Shown: one piece after another, positions 11,401-23,386 of the stretch
Numbering within the stretch: the stretch's first letter is position 1
Layout: the number at the start of each line of letters is the position of its first letter
Assembly: GCA_000934665.2 (NCBI GenBank)
Contig: KZ538597.1
Location: 62,001-105,797 of the forward strand
From: Catajapyx aquilonaris
Taxonomy: Eukaryota
Length of the DNA stretch: 43,797 nt
Reading direction: 5' to 3'
Notes under the pieces: model-generated
Seen by the model: the letters and a program-made list of their open reading frames with translations, nothing else
Told to the model about the DNA's origin: nothing
The model's database searches: none
Made by a program: the position numbers and the translations under genes

Positions 11401-14400
11401 ATGGTTTCTGGACGATTGACTAGCCACTTTCAATGCCATTTAATTTCATTTACAAACAAAAATTTGCACAAAATTTACGTAACATTTTTCACCTAATAGA
11501 CGGCTTATTCTCTCCGTCGGATATTTGTCCAACCTGACAGTATGTATATCTCTCGCAGACCTGAAAGTGGCAGTAGTGTACAAACGGAGTCTGCGCCATC
11601 TATGCTTCAAGAATAGTACTACGTGGTAAATCGGCGGGCCATCTCATTCAAGTCGTTTGATTGTCACTGTCATACTGTTTATAGAATTTGGGGTTCACTA
11701 GTTCATTAATATTCTTCCCAATATTATTAACACTGCAAATTAATAACACGAGTGATTAAAGCGGATAAGACACTCAATGAGACATTGCATGACCACAGGA
11801 GGTGACAGGTGGATTTCACGTGGGCATCAAAGAGTCACAAGTGTCAAGCCTGACGTCACTAACGTCCAGTGTCGCATGCAGCGCTTATCATTATCGTAAC
11901 GCTGCATAATCTGAGTCGACCCAGCATTCGTGAGCACAAGATCCCCAAAAACAGAAGGAAGCGTAAACAGCCGCTTCCGCCACGATATTCTTCCTCTCAC
12001 AAAAAATGTGGTCGCCAGATGGCACCATGTCACCAAAAAGTGTTGGCAAAAAAAAAGTCCGACTATTTTTTTCTTCATTATTCCGGATGCCAATGGCTGG
12101 CATACGCCTGAGACTTTGCGCGTCGTTATCTCACCTTATTTACACTGTTCCCTCCAAGTGCCCGCAGTGATAATAAAGAGATAAGGAAGGCCTCCTGCGA
12201 GGGTTATGCTTTTCCGCTTAGGTCTTCTGTTATTGTTGCTTGATAAGGAGGGGGTCCAGCTGACGAGAGACGCAAGTCGGCTCAAAAGGACGGGTCATCC
12301 GAGCCCGTAATCGCGGATTACAGCAGTACCGGGTACGACACCGATAATAACACATTGTACTGAGGCGGACACACATGCGCAATTCCAGAGATAAGCTCAT
12401 AATACGCCATTTCCGCCAAGTTCAAGTGCGGACTGGGCCTTTTAACTCACTATTATTATCGCTGTTTAATCATATATTTGTCAATATTTGTCAGGTAATA
12501 TTTGAAACAATTATCGATCATTACAGCTACCGGTTATGATCAAACGAAAAGGAAAGTGTCGGAAAATATAATATTTAGTGAGATTGTTCGGTTAAGGTGT
12601 GGGCCTTATGGGACATAATTAATAAATAATAGTGACACTTTTCGTGACAATAATACATGAAAAAGTGCAATGCAATTTTTGTCTAATTACATCCCTAACT
12701 GAGAAAATCGCAACATTTTTTCAACTTTAAATGATCACGCATATAAATATTTTACATTAATATCTAATGGAAATTTTAAATGCCGCTTCATTTTTTTAAA
12801 TCGGCTTATAGGTAGTTCATATAAAGGTCGGAAATTATTTACTAAAGGCGTCTGCGTTGCAAACAAAGATGCTTTGGCATATATCATTGTTATCGTCAGA
12901 TAAATTGTTACAAACACCGGAAAAATCCAGGATGACGCAACTCGCCTTAAATAATGAAACGTCAACCACGCGGGCATTTAATTGGAAATCATAATTAATC
13001 AACGCCTTCGATAGTAGGTCGCTACACTGTAATAATTATAAATGGCTTAATTAATTACTGCTTACTACGATCTGTGGCGTTGCGAAAATTATCCAGTATT
13101 TAAACCTGCCCTAATGACATCTGCAATGGCCATTGTAGACTTCCCGCGAAAATACGCATCCGTCCTATTCATAGTGTCTACTGTTCCGAATATGAACTGT
13201 GATTAAACGAAGTGCAAAATTAAAAGACAGCAAAAAGAGAGAGACGACGGCACGAGGCGTTGATTGGTCAACACGTTACGTAACCCATTCTAAAAATTCA
13301 TTAACCCGGTCGAGCCTCATGAATTCGCAGTGTCCTGATTACGTAACTCCAAGTTCCCCGTATATGTATATTTATTGATATGCAGGACGTATATGATATA
13401 TAATGTGAGTGTTCTCTGACCTTGTCCGTGGATTTTTTGAAGGTCGAGTAGTCAAAGCGCATGCGCAAAAGGACACTGCACAAGGGGGGTTCATGACGTG
13501 GGTGCTTGCCCTGAACAAGCCGGCTATTGAACTTCCTATTACCCCCTCAAGGACATACAGACACAGCCAGTCGGGGGGGGGGGGGGNGGGGGGGGACAGG
13601 CTTGGAAATATTCAGACAAACTACCCACATTACCTTTCCACACACACACACACACCAACCACAAAAAAGTGCACCCCCTCAATTTGGCCACGTGCAAAAA
13701 AAAATGTTGCCAAATTTCTATCCGTAACCACACAAACCTATCCAGACGGAACAGATCTGCACATTAAAAAATCCAGACAGTTACATAACGCTTCAAAAGG
13801 TAACTACGCAGCTTTTTTAACCCACAAGGTTAATATTTTTTATTTTTTTCCAACTCGTCGAACCAGTCAAAGGTCGTCGAAAATGAAAGCTTCGGGCAGC
13901 TCAAACAAAAGTGAATTAGGCCTCTGTTTCGGCAAGAGTCTACACGTTGACCCCTTTTTGAGGGCCAGTGACGTCATTCCCACTCCTCACCCCCCCCCCC
14001 CCTCAACAACCTACTCCGTGACCCACTTCGCCCTCCCCCACCCACTATAAACCCACCCCTCTAACCCCCTCCCCAAAAATTGGGTCACAGCCCCAATTGA
14101 GCTCGAGTCAATAAGTGGATTCCTAGCCCGAAGGTAAGTGTCACAATCGGAGCTCGGGATTTTACACACACACAAAAAAAAATTTGAATCATTTTTCTGC
14201 GAGAATATATGCGCAAATTACTACTCAATTTGTAATGCAAAATTTGGGCGAATTCTCATATAGTTACTGCAACTTGGCCCAACACATTTTCAGGGGATCT
14301 GGCACGATGTTATCTCTGAGGAAGCGACTGATAAAACCGAGCTTAACTTTTTTAAGCCCCGGAATAAGAGTCTTAATTTCATTGCCTGGTTTGTTATCCT

Positions 14401-16708
14401 GGCCCCCGGTAATTAGCAGCTTGTTATCGCCAACTTTTTTTAAAACCCCTTTATTAAATTACATATCCCCCCAAGTACTTCTCGTCACATTAAAAAAAAA
14501 ACGTTCATAACATGTTTTCTTTGGTGTTGTATTTTAATAGTCGAACGATACGGTGCAATCGACATACGTAATTTTATCTGCAATTAACTTTCACTTTTTT
14601 TACACACAAAAAACGTGCGTATAATAATTACGCATTCCATTAAATTTGTAAACACGTGCACGTAATTCTCTTGCTATTGTTGCTCACGCATCTTTCTCGG
14701 TAATATAGATTTTTTTTTTAAATTGCAAAGTAACCGGCACATTCCTTCAGTGGCTTTTACTATTGAAAATATCAGTATTAATAATATTAGAATAGAGACA
14801 TCCCTTGAGGCCCTGGATTGCAATCAATTTTCACGAGCGAGGCAGTGAGAGTGACCCATTTCGACCCCTAATTGCCTAATAAGGTCTGCGATTGAACCTA
14901 TTTATTGCAGTGCTCTAATAGGATGTAACACATAATCGCAACCAGCAAACATTTTATATACGACATGAAATTGTTCTTTTTTTTTTGGTCGCAAATAGCG
15001 GAAATCCTCTCAAAAATTTTTTACCAAATATTTCCGCGGACTGTTGTCCACATGTTTCATGCGTTCTTCCACGGCTATTTCCTTCACTGCCTTATATATA
15101 CATATTTACTTTATCGTGTGCTCCACATTTTCTTCGCAATCTTTGGAATCGTCACCATTTCTCTCGTCAACTGATGGGAAGAAGGAATATAAAAATGGAG
15201 GCCAAGGGAATGCCGAATGGATATATAACAAAAAGGGGCGCCAAATCGATCGCCACGACAACTGACCCGCTTCCGTTTTCTGGGTCACGTGCTCAGTTCC
15301 AAATCACCCCCCACCTCCTCAAAAACACCCACCCCCACTTCCAAAAATAGGACGAAAGACAACCGATCCCGACACTATTTCTGAGTAGGTCACGACCCTG
15401 CCCCGCATATAATCTGTCTCCTCTTAAAAGATTGACCACTTTTAAACCCCCCCGTCCGCAGGTTACGACATCAAGTGTTGACGCCTCTGACGTCACTCGA
15501 TGGGGGGCCATTCAGATTGGGCATCACAGGGTGTATCAAAAGGATCTCTATTATATATATTATGTGCTGATGACGCGAATCATGGACAGTACATGTTTAC
15601 TTCTTGACTGTTGAAGGAAACATCTCGCAATACATATAAAACTATATATCGGACTGTCACAATGCACCAATTTATAATTAATGATTAATCACGTTATATG
15701 CGTCTATTAGCACTAAGCTGCTTATTTTTAATCAGTAACAGTCGATCTATAATATTTCTTAATAACAGAATTACAGGCCCTGAGAGGTCAACGGTTCTCT
15801 CTTTTTTCACCCCTAGTCTTTTAAAAATACTACGCAAAAATATAATATATTATAATAATATTATAATATATTATATATTATTATTAATAAAAAGATAATG
15901 TGAATAACCTGGTTACCGTTGGCTGCCCCTTTATGGGAATTAAGCCATGATGTAATGAATGAAAAAATGAATTCTTAATAAAAATATATAATATAAATAT
16001 CATTATGGTAACAAAATATATAACTAATATAAATATTATTACCATAATAAAATATATAACTAAGATAAATATTATTATGGTACTGTAATTAAAATGTATG
16101 ATATAATAAGGTAATGTAATAAGAATATGTACATTCCATCAGTAACACGGTTTATAATTCGCATTAAAATTAATTATCCAATTAAGAAAATATCGATAAG
16201 TATAGTCGGCTCTTTGGATTTTTTAAACATAACATTTCGCAAAAAAATCCTCGAAGCCTGTGGGTTCGAACAGTAATATAAATATACAAAATATGTAAAT
16301 AAGCTGATTAGTCATGATAATTTGATGACTAATCAGCTTATTCCTACTGTTGACACTACGGTTGACACTTCGGATTTTTTAAACATAACAGTTTTGCATC
16401 AAATTCCTGGAAGCTTCTCTGTTCAGCAGAAAGGGTGGAACTAACAGCATTTTGCAAAAAAAATCGCATTATTTTCCTGCCAATTTCCTGGACAGTTTTT
16501 GCGTAATTACGCGACCGTTTTGCGAACTCCCGCCATCTGTTCCCCACCGGAAGAATGAGTAGTTCAAAATTCCGACGCGAGAGGCGCCACTTGCTTGGTA
16601 GCCACCTACCGGAAGAAATTAAAACTACGAGCCGAGTAGGCGCGCGATTATTTGAAAAAAATAAATACTAATAATTTTTTTTGAAGTAAAAAATTGGGCG
16701 AAACTGAC

Positions 16709-16822
16709 CTTTCCCGGGGTTCGAAGAGGTCACCGCCGCTCGATTCCCTCTTGCGCCGTAAGGTAGCGCCACCGCCGTCGACGCCGTCGGTGGCGTCGGC
16801 GTCGTAGGCGCTGCTAGTTTCT
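16709..16822 (-). CDS. Eip74EF: E74A coding exon 4 (EKLAAPTTPTPPTAST...SSNPGK)
   Basis: Acceptor TTCCTTGGCTTGTCTCCTTCAG. The phase-1 join with exon 3 rebuilds NPLLA-EKL. Donor AAG|GTCAGT. No further E74 coding exon recognised in 1-16708. Confidence 0.85.
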
Positions 16823-17803
16823 CTGAAGGAGACAAGCCAAGGAAATAATAGTTAATTGCCATGCCAATAAAACCAACGTTTTAATTGAAACAAATGTTAG
16901 GCCCAGTGCAATGGTGATTACAACATAATTATTTTACTTGTTAAAAATATTGTTAATCCGCATGGCAAAATTTTCTCACACTTTTGACGGATAGGAAATT
17001 TTTAAAAAGGAAAGAATGTTGCACTCTAAATGCCTTGCAAATGACGGATGTCATAATTAAATGTGATAGAGTTTGTAATGTTGTGGACAAAAAGTCATTT
17101 TCTTGATATGAGGTTCAAGTTCATGAACTTTAAAATGTTGTTTTCTCTTGAGCAACATGTTCTGCAAGCATGATTCTGACTTGTTATGCACAAGCTAAAT
17201 GAACCTATCAATAATGTTATTTTCGCAATATTCATTTCTTGCCTCGTTTTTTCTCCCCGGGTGAGCAGTACGGTACTGAACTTTTGAAGCAAAATGGTAC
17301 TCGTTCCTTTTGTAGTTAGGATTACCAGGGATTACGAAATCACGATAATCTTTTACATAACTATCAGATATGTGAATAATCGTGGTTTTACACACTGTCT
17401 ATTTTGGACTTGTCTGAACCTAAATACCCCGTATCTAGCATTAAAATTAAAATTATTATTATTATATTTAAAAGGTCAAACTTGACTAGGCTCATCTCAT
17501 TCCAAAATTAATTTGTACAAAAGTCTTCTCATTTTCCCTTTGAACTAATGTTTCAAAATGTCCTTCTTGTCATAGGAAAATGTCCGGACTAATGTAAGTG
17601 CAAAACGTAATTTATTTCAGTCACCTCGCTAATCTTGACCTTCATGACTTTCCCAGACAACCATGTATAGGTCGCTCTCATTAAAAATACTTCCAATAAA
17701 TATGAAAACAAGTAAATAAGTTACTCAAGATTTGACATGCTTTCAAGAAACCAGACAAAAATCGTAAGTGTATATAAATCCCAATAATTTATGCATGCAC
17801 TTG

Positions 17804-17912
17804 GGGTGGAATTTTAGTCTCACTGCTAGTTACTGCTAACTTAGCAGTACCAGTGTAGTGCATTGGTACGGCTGAGTTAGCAGTAACTAGCAGTGAGAGG
17901 AAAATTCCACCC
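17804..17912. mobile_element. Short hairpin MITE, family A copy 2
   Basis: GGGTGGAATTTTAGTCTCACTGCTAGTTACTGCTAACTTAGC ... reverse complement ending AAAATTCCACCC. Confidence 0.8.
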
Positions 17913-19818
17913 TTGCTTTATGTTTTTAGTGAACTAAAATTCACTTTGTAAATTCGAACTATAAATATTGTTGACTTGTTACGATATTATTTTTGCATCA
18001 TACATTTTAGGTAGGGTAAATACGTATATCATCTCCCAATGCATTAAAATATTTGGGAATCCAATACAATCTCACACATGCAACTCTCGAAAAAGCATTC
18101 ATCATACTTTTGTTATAAAAATTTGGGGATACAATTCCATATGGGCATTTTTGCGATAGAGCGGACATGAAGGGAGGATTATTTTTTTCGTTGAATACGG
18201 CGCTTGATCACACCAATCGGATGATCAACATCTCTACTAAACAATGCCAACCAGTGTTGCTGTTCTTTGGCACCAGCTACTCATACGTTCAACTGTGCTC
18301 GCAGACAGCCTTTTGGTCTCTGGGGACACGCGAGGTTTTTGGCGCCTCTGTAAGCATTGCCATTCATTCTATCACTTCTCAAGCGTGGCTGTTGGATGCA
18401 GCTTGATGTCCTCTTTTGATTGATGTGCTTAAATTGTCGGAGGGTGATCTCTGTGTGCGTCAGTTTCAGTAACTAACGAGAGCATCCGAAAGCTTTGGTT
18501 CGTTACCAAAAATTACAAAAAATTCCAGTATGCACCCTATGCCAATGATTTGGAGCGTCAAACTTGCAAACCTCTGTGGGAGTCGTGCAATACAGCAGTG
18601 TGAAAAGATTCAGCCCAATACCATACCTTCATGTATTTATTTGGATGGTAACGAACCAAGGCATTTTCCTGCCGCCGAGCATGCTCCTTCCGATCTTGGC
18701 GCAGATAATAAGCAAATCCACGGCCAAAAATGCAGAAATTTTTATGTAATGGTTTTCAATGGTGATGATTTCAGATTCAATGTCAAAAATTCAAAATTTT
18801 AAATGGCAGATCCGATATGGCAGACAGCATATGCGAGAATTGGACAGGTATACAGTATTAGCATCAAAATTAGTTTACGGGGGACTTCAGAGGGCTCCGA
18901 TTTCAAATTCAATGTAAAAAGTTACAAATCAAAGTGGCGCGATGTGTTATCCGGATATGCCCTGATGCTGCCGCCGATTTTTTTCGGAGGAAGGCTGGAA
19001 GGGGGAGGGATACAGCTCCAGAGGGCCTGTACTCTTCAGTGGTTCTTATTTATGATGCTGAAAACAAGTTCTCACGAATCCCTCAGGTTATAAACTTTGG
19101 TTCGTTAACGTGTTTGTTCTTGCTTCTCTGGCACTATCGAATGATATATTTGTGTCACATTTGTGGAATAATTCAGCCCTCTGTACCTGGAACTCGATAA
19201 CATAATTCCCAAAGGTTTTCCACAGGCATGGAAAATCGCAATGAAAGTTTAAAAAAATCGTCCGAACCTTGGTTTGCTACTGCAAAAATGCCCATATTAT
19301 AATCAGAATATCATGAAAGTTTCCTAGAGAGTAGCACATGTTTTCCAATGACAAGTTAAAATAATCACAATATTTTTCTCACTCTTCCCAGCCTACCCAC
19401 ACTTGCATAATTATGTTGTGGGTTGCAGGCAGTTGTGCTTGGTTCTCAGCACTTAAATTCACCAAAGGCACCGCGCAACACTACCAGCTTATCCAATGAA
19501 ATCCTGACCAGTTTCGTCCGATTGCACTCATGCTCATTCCCTCCTTCTGTACGATCACGGAAGTGCATGCACAGACTAGAAAAAAGCAAACGTTGCCTTG
19601 CAACACCCAGCTGCACTGCTGCAGCCCATCCCCCCAAACAGAACACAGGATCATTATGACAGCATGTTGATTCACGGTGCCACCCATCTGGTGGACTTCT
19701 ACGACTATTATTCTTCTCGTATAATCTCATCCACCTATGATTTCTTCCAGCAGGCCCTCTTTTCAGTATGGACCTGCGCAATCTAGTATCAGCAGCTAAG
19801 CCATCTAATGCTGTATTA

Positions 19819-19969
19819 AGGCCATTTCACAAAAAGATTTTGCGGCAGCGGCAAGCGGCAAACGCGTGCCCCGCCAATTGTTATTAATTATTGGCAATAA
19901 TAAATATAAATAAGAAATATGCCGCAACGCGTGCCGTTTGCCGCGCGACATTTTTATGTGAAATGGCCT
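19819..19969. mobile_element. PIF/Harbinger (Tourist-like) MITE
   Basis: TIR AGGCCATTTCACA...TGTGAAATGGCCT, with TTA on both sides (19816-19818, 19970-19972). Confidence 0.85.
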
Positions 19970-20591
19970 TTACTCTGTATAAAGTAGTTTTGCTGTATAA
20001 TAATCAGTGATGACCAGATTTATCGTACTTATTATTATTTTGATAAGCTGCTGTATGTCAGTACAAAGCGGAGTCATTACAGTACTTCTATTTTACCTAC
20101 AAAAAATATGTCAAGTTTTAACACGGAGAATGAAAAAGAAGATGGTAGATCCTCACCATCTTTCCCCTCCATCAGCGTCTACCAGTCAAGAATTATTTGG
20201 CACTCACTTGTAAATTACTTGCCAACTTTCACAATAAAAGGGGCTTGACCTCCACATCAGGCCGCAACCATTACGTTGGTACCTCAAAAATCTTAGCCCA
20301 GAATTGATTTATCAATATTAATAGGTCAACAAAAATGTTTACAACATTTTACAGTAATTAATAATTATTTGGGCAATGTATCAGTATGGAACGATATCTA
20401 AAATTACTTTCCAGGCCCCCCCAATGTGGCATAGGTTGAGAACTGTTGGGCGAATGTCATTATTTGGTGATCTGTGTGGTTCCCGAATTTCATTGTACTT
20501 GGCACGTAAGTGAAGGAAAATCATTTTCTCAACATGAACAAATTCTACAACATACAGATTTTCCTGTATTAAAAGTACCTGCACTACATTA

Positions 20592-20765
20592 CACTGTGTT
20601 TCATAATTTAGCCCACATCCATTTCGGCTAAAATGTAATGGACACTTCTGCGTCAAGTTGGAACTTCTGATCTTGAGTGCATCTACCACATATGAGATGG
20701 CGAAAATAACCGAAAAGGAAACACGTCGGCCAATACGGAGGCGAGCTAAATTATGCAACACACTG
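20592..20765. mobile_element. Tc1/mariner-like MITE
   Basis: TA-CACTGTGTTTCATAATTTAGC ... GCTAAATTATGCAACACACTG-TA. Confidence 0.7.
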
Positions 20766-20846
20766 TATGTCCATTATGAACCATCGATAATCCCAATGGG
20801 TCTAACAGCGGAGTAGGACTGGGCCCAACAAGTACTCAACACCCAC

Positions 20847-20934
20847 CTGCCAGGAGTGGATTTGCCGCTGCAATAACTGGCTTCTTGACCTGAGCACAGT
20901 TCTGCAGTCCGGTTGACTCCAGATGGGTCACCTC
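20847..20934 (-). CDS. Eip74EF: E74A coding exon 3 (EVTHLESTGLQNCAQVKKPVIAAANPLLA)
   Basis: Acceptor TTGCCTTGCTTTTCAG, donor CAG|GTGGGT (phase 1). AAANPLL matches the recalled E74A motif AAANPLLVEKL. Confidence 0.9.
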
Positions 20935-21117
20935 CTGAAAAGCAAGGCAACAATCAGTCAACTGCTCCCAGTATAATTTACACCCAACATCTCCACAATG
21001 CATCAGAACCATCACTAATTACTTTGAATGCAGACATGGTGTAATTTAACAAGGGCAATTATTTTTGTACAAATTACACAGGCTTTCCATTTCTGACAGG
21101 ATTGTTTCTTTACATTA

Positions 21118-21418
21118 CAGTAGAACCCAAATTATCCGACTCCTCAGTTTATCCGAGATCCGACCGTCCCGCTCCAGCAATAAATGTATGTTTTCTCATC
21201 AAATACTGTAATGCAGGCCGGTAATGATTTGTTTTGTATTGCCGAAATTAAATTTTAAACAACAGTGTGCGTACGTAGAAGTTAAATTCCTCGAAAACCA
21301 CGACATTTAATGATTTTGTGTTTCATTGAAGTTTCCTTTGATCCTCAGATTATCTGACCTTTTCTGTTGTCCGACCATACCCCGGTCCCATGGGTAATGA
21401 ATAATCGTGGTTCTACTG
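21118..21418. mobile_element. pogo/Tigger-like MITE in an E74A intron
   Basis: TA-CAGTAGAACC ... GGTTCTACTG-TA, with subterminal TTATCCGA repeats. Confidence 0.8.
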
Positions 21419-21507
21419 TATTTTATAGGGGATATTGTTTCTTTACAAGATGTACAGAGAATTAGGGATAAACACAGCATGTGGCCGCAACGTCATCCTA
21501 TGCAAAC

Positions 21508-21714
21508 CTGTGCCATCTGCTGCATCTCCTGCGGGGTGACCATCCTCATCCTGGACTTCCTCCTCTTGTTTCCGTTCATCACCTTGGCCTCCTCCGGGCT
21601 GCAGCTGCTGTTTGGCATCCCCCCTTGCTGCCCACCCAGAAAAGGAGCGTCCGAGTCCATCTGGAGCGACATCACCACCCCGTCAGGCGAAGGCTTCAGA
21701 ACACGTCCCTGAAC
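21508..21714 (-). CDS. Eip74EF: E74A coding exon 2 (VQGRVLKPSP...QEMQQMAQ)
   Basis: Follows a 63-bp GT-AG intron (acceptor GTGTGTTTGCAG). 69 open codons, phase 0/0, donor CAG|GTTTGC; joins exons 1 and 3 in frame. Confidence 0.75.
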
Positions 21715-21777
21715 CTGCAAACACATTCACATTAGACGGACTCTTCACAACGCAAACCCAGTGGAACATTGGCGAAC

Positions 21778-22110
21778 CTTGTCGTCAAAGTCACTGAAGA
21801 AAGCATCCAGCTCAAAAGGGTCGCCCAGCTGCCGGAAGAGATCATCCTCAATGGAGGCGACCAACCCCCCGAGGTCGCCCTGGGTGAGCTCCTGCAGCTC
21901 CGGCCCTGTCTGCGGCTGCTGGCTCATCCTGGCCTGCATGGCCTGCATGGTGGTGGGTGGGCCCAGCAGAGGCGGACCAGGGCACCCCCCCTGCTGGTGC
22001 TGCTGCTGGGGACCCCCTCCACCCGCACCGCCACCTTGCTCCAGACACATGTCCACCATTTTCCCATCCGAGTCAGGGCACCAAAGCAGGTCGTCGTCAA
22101 TGAAGGGCAT
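21778..22110 (-). CDS. Eip74EF: Ecdysone-induced protein 74EF isoform A (ETS transcription factor), coding exon 1
   Basis: Starts MPFIDDDLLWCPDSDGKMVD, matching the recalled Drosophila E74A N-terminus MPFIDDALLWCPDNDG. Also has DDLFRQL..FELDAFFSDF, resembling DELFRSF..FEIESLLSDL. 111 codons, donor AAG|GTTCGC, phase 0. The exon itself starts at 22275 (acceptor TTTTGTCCATTTCCAG). Confidence 0.93.
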
Positions 22111-22403
22111 ATTAGCCAGAGTCCTCGGAAGGCCACTCTCTCCCCCTCCTCCTCCTGCTCCTCCTCCCCCAACTCCCCCCACGCCTCCTCCCTCCCCCAC
22201 TCCTTGGCCCACCGACCCTCCCAAAATCAAATCCAATCTCGAGTCTAGGTCACCGCCAACACTCTCACCATGTACCTGGAAATGGACAAAAAAAAGGTCA
22301 TCACTCGTCAACTAAAGCGCACAAGAAGACATGAAAATACAGAACGATTGCAATATTACATTTCGGTTGAAAATAAAACACGCACCGTGTAAATGCCACC
22401 TAA

Positions 22404-22416
22404 GGGTCAAAGGTCA
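22404..22416 (+). promoter_or_regulatory. DR1 nuclear-receptor element GGGTCA-A-AGGTCA
   Basis: Consensus DR1 about 130 bp from the acceptor of the first E74A coding exon. Function is inferred. Confidence 0.5.
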
Positions 22417-22469
22417 AGTCAGTTTCCTGACAAGAGTCCCCTAAATATATTTGTAATAAAACTAGCTAT

Positions 22470-22940
22470 TATAACCAAACCTGGACAAACAAACAAACTT
22501 TGCCTGGTATAATTGAGACCAGCTGCAGCTACTCTTAATTTGGCTGCTTTTATTTTACGATACATTTTACTTTATTATTTTCATTCTTCTATTATAAAAG
22601 GCAAAGTCTGTTTGTTTGCTGGACACACCAGGGTCGGTTTCTGTACAATACAATAGTATAAAAACCAGGTTGCCATGTTTGTTTGTTTGTCCAGCTTTCT
22701 GGTCTTTTAAGGTAATAGAGATCCATAATAAAAGGCACGGTTTGTTTGTTCGTTTGTTTGTCCAGGTTCGGTTACCACGGCAACTTGGGTCTCTTTTATG
22801 GTAAAAATTGATTAATCATGAAAGGCAAAGTTTGTTCGTTTGTTTGCTTGTCCAGATTTGGTTGCCATTGCTCCCCGGTCTCTTTATGGAAACCGATGGA
22901 AACCCAAACCTGGTCCAACAAACAAACAAACTGTGCATTT
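22470..22940. repeat. Cluster of direct and inverted GGCAAAGTTTGTTTGTTTGTCCAGGTT-type units
   Basis: About six related (GTTT)n-containing units; the outer two are inverted relative to the inner ones. Confidence 0.7.
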
Positions 22941-23318
22941 TTTATGATAACAAAGATTAATTCGTAAAAAAGATAAATACAGTTAGACACACACTGTTCC
23001 ACAAAAGTAGGCCTCTCTATCTCCCCCCCACTTATTAATTACCTTTTGAATCTGCCTCTGGGGCAGGGCGTCACTTTTAGAGCTCAAGTGACGCCTCTGC
23101 TCGCCCAATACGGGCTCAGGTCCTGCCCCGGGGCCAAATCGGCCCCGGGGCGACCGAAAATATGCCAGATAAAATTTGGTCCAATTAAGCCAGACGCCAT
23201 CTTTGATGCAGTAAGGTATGGGGGGGGGCAGGGGGGATTCAAACATGGCTGCCAATTTACGTGCCAATTTTAATTTGCATGCAAATTTTTGCGATTAATT
23301 ATGCTAATAACTACTCAC

Positions 23319-23386
23319 CTGGAAGTGTCTCGGTGTCGCTTCAGCTTGAACCAATTCATGAAAAATCCTTTTATTTCCGGACGGAC
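23319..23386 (-). other. Eip74EF: Internal 68-nt leader exon of E74A
   Basis: Minus strand: branch-like CTAAT, then TTCGTTCTTTCCTTGTGTACTTTGCAG acceptor, and a perfect CAG|GTGAGT donor. The E74A acceptor at 22276 lies about 1 kb downstream. Confidence 0.72.

Noticed and set aside
13949..13966. Histone 3' stem-loop look-alike GACCCTTTTTTGAGGGCC
   Set aside because: Wrong stem and loop length versus the 6-bp stem/4-nt loop consensus, and no histone ORF nearby.
13409..14050. 213-aa ORF
   Set aside because: Crosses poly-G, (CA)n and poly-A tracts; no ATG-led coding character or homology.
1..16708. E74 common exons (PPSPADSGVSDVD motif, ETS domain)
   Set aside because: Not found on the minus strand; presumed to lie beyond the window start.
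21761..22315. Plus-strand 184-aa and 159-aa ORFs
   Set aside because: Antisense shadows of the GC-rich E74A exon.
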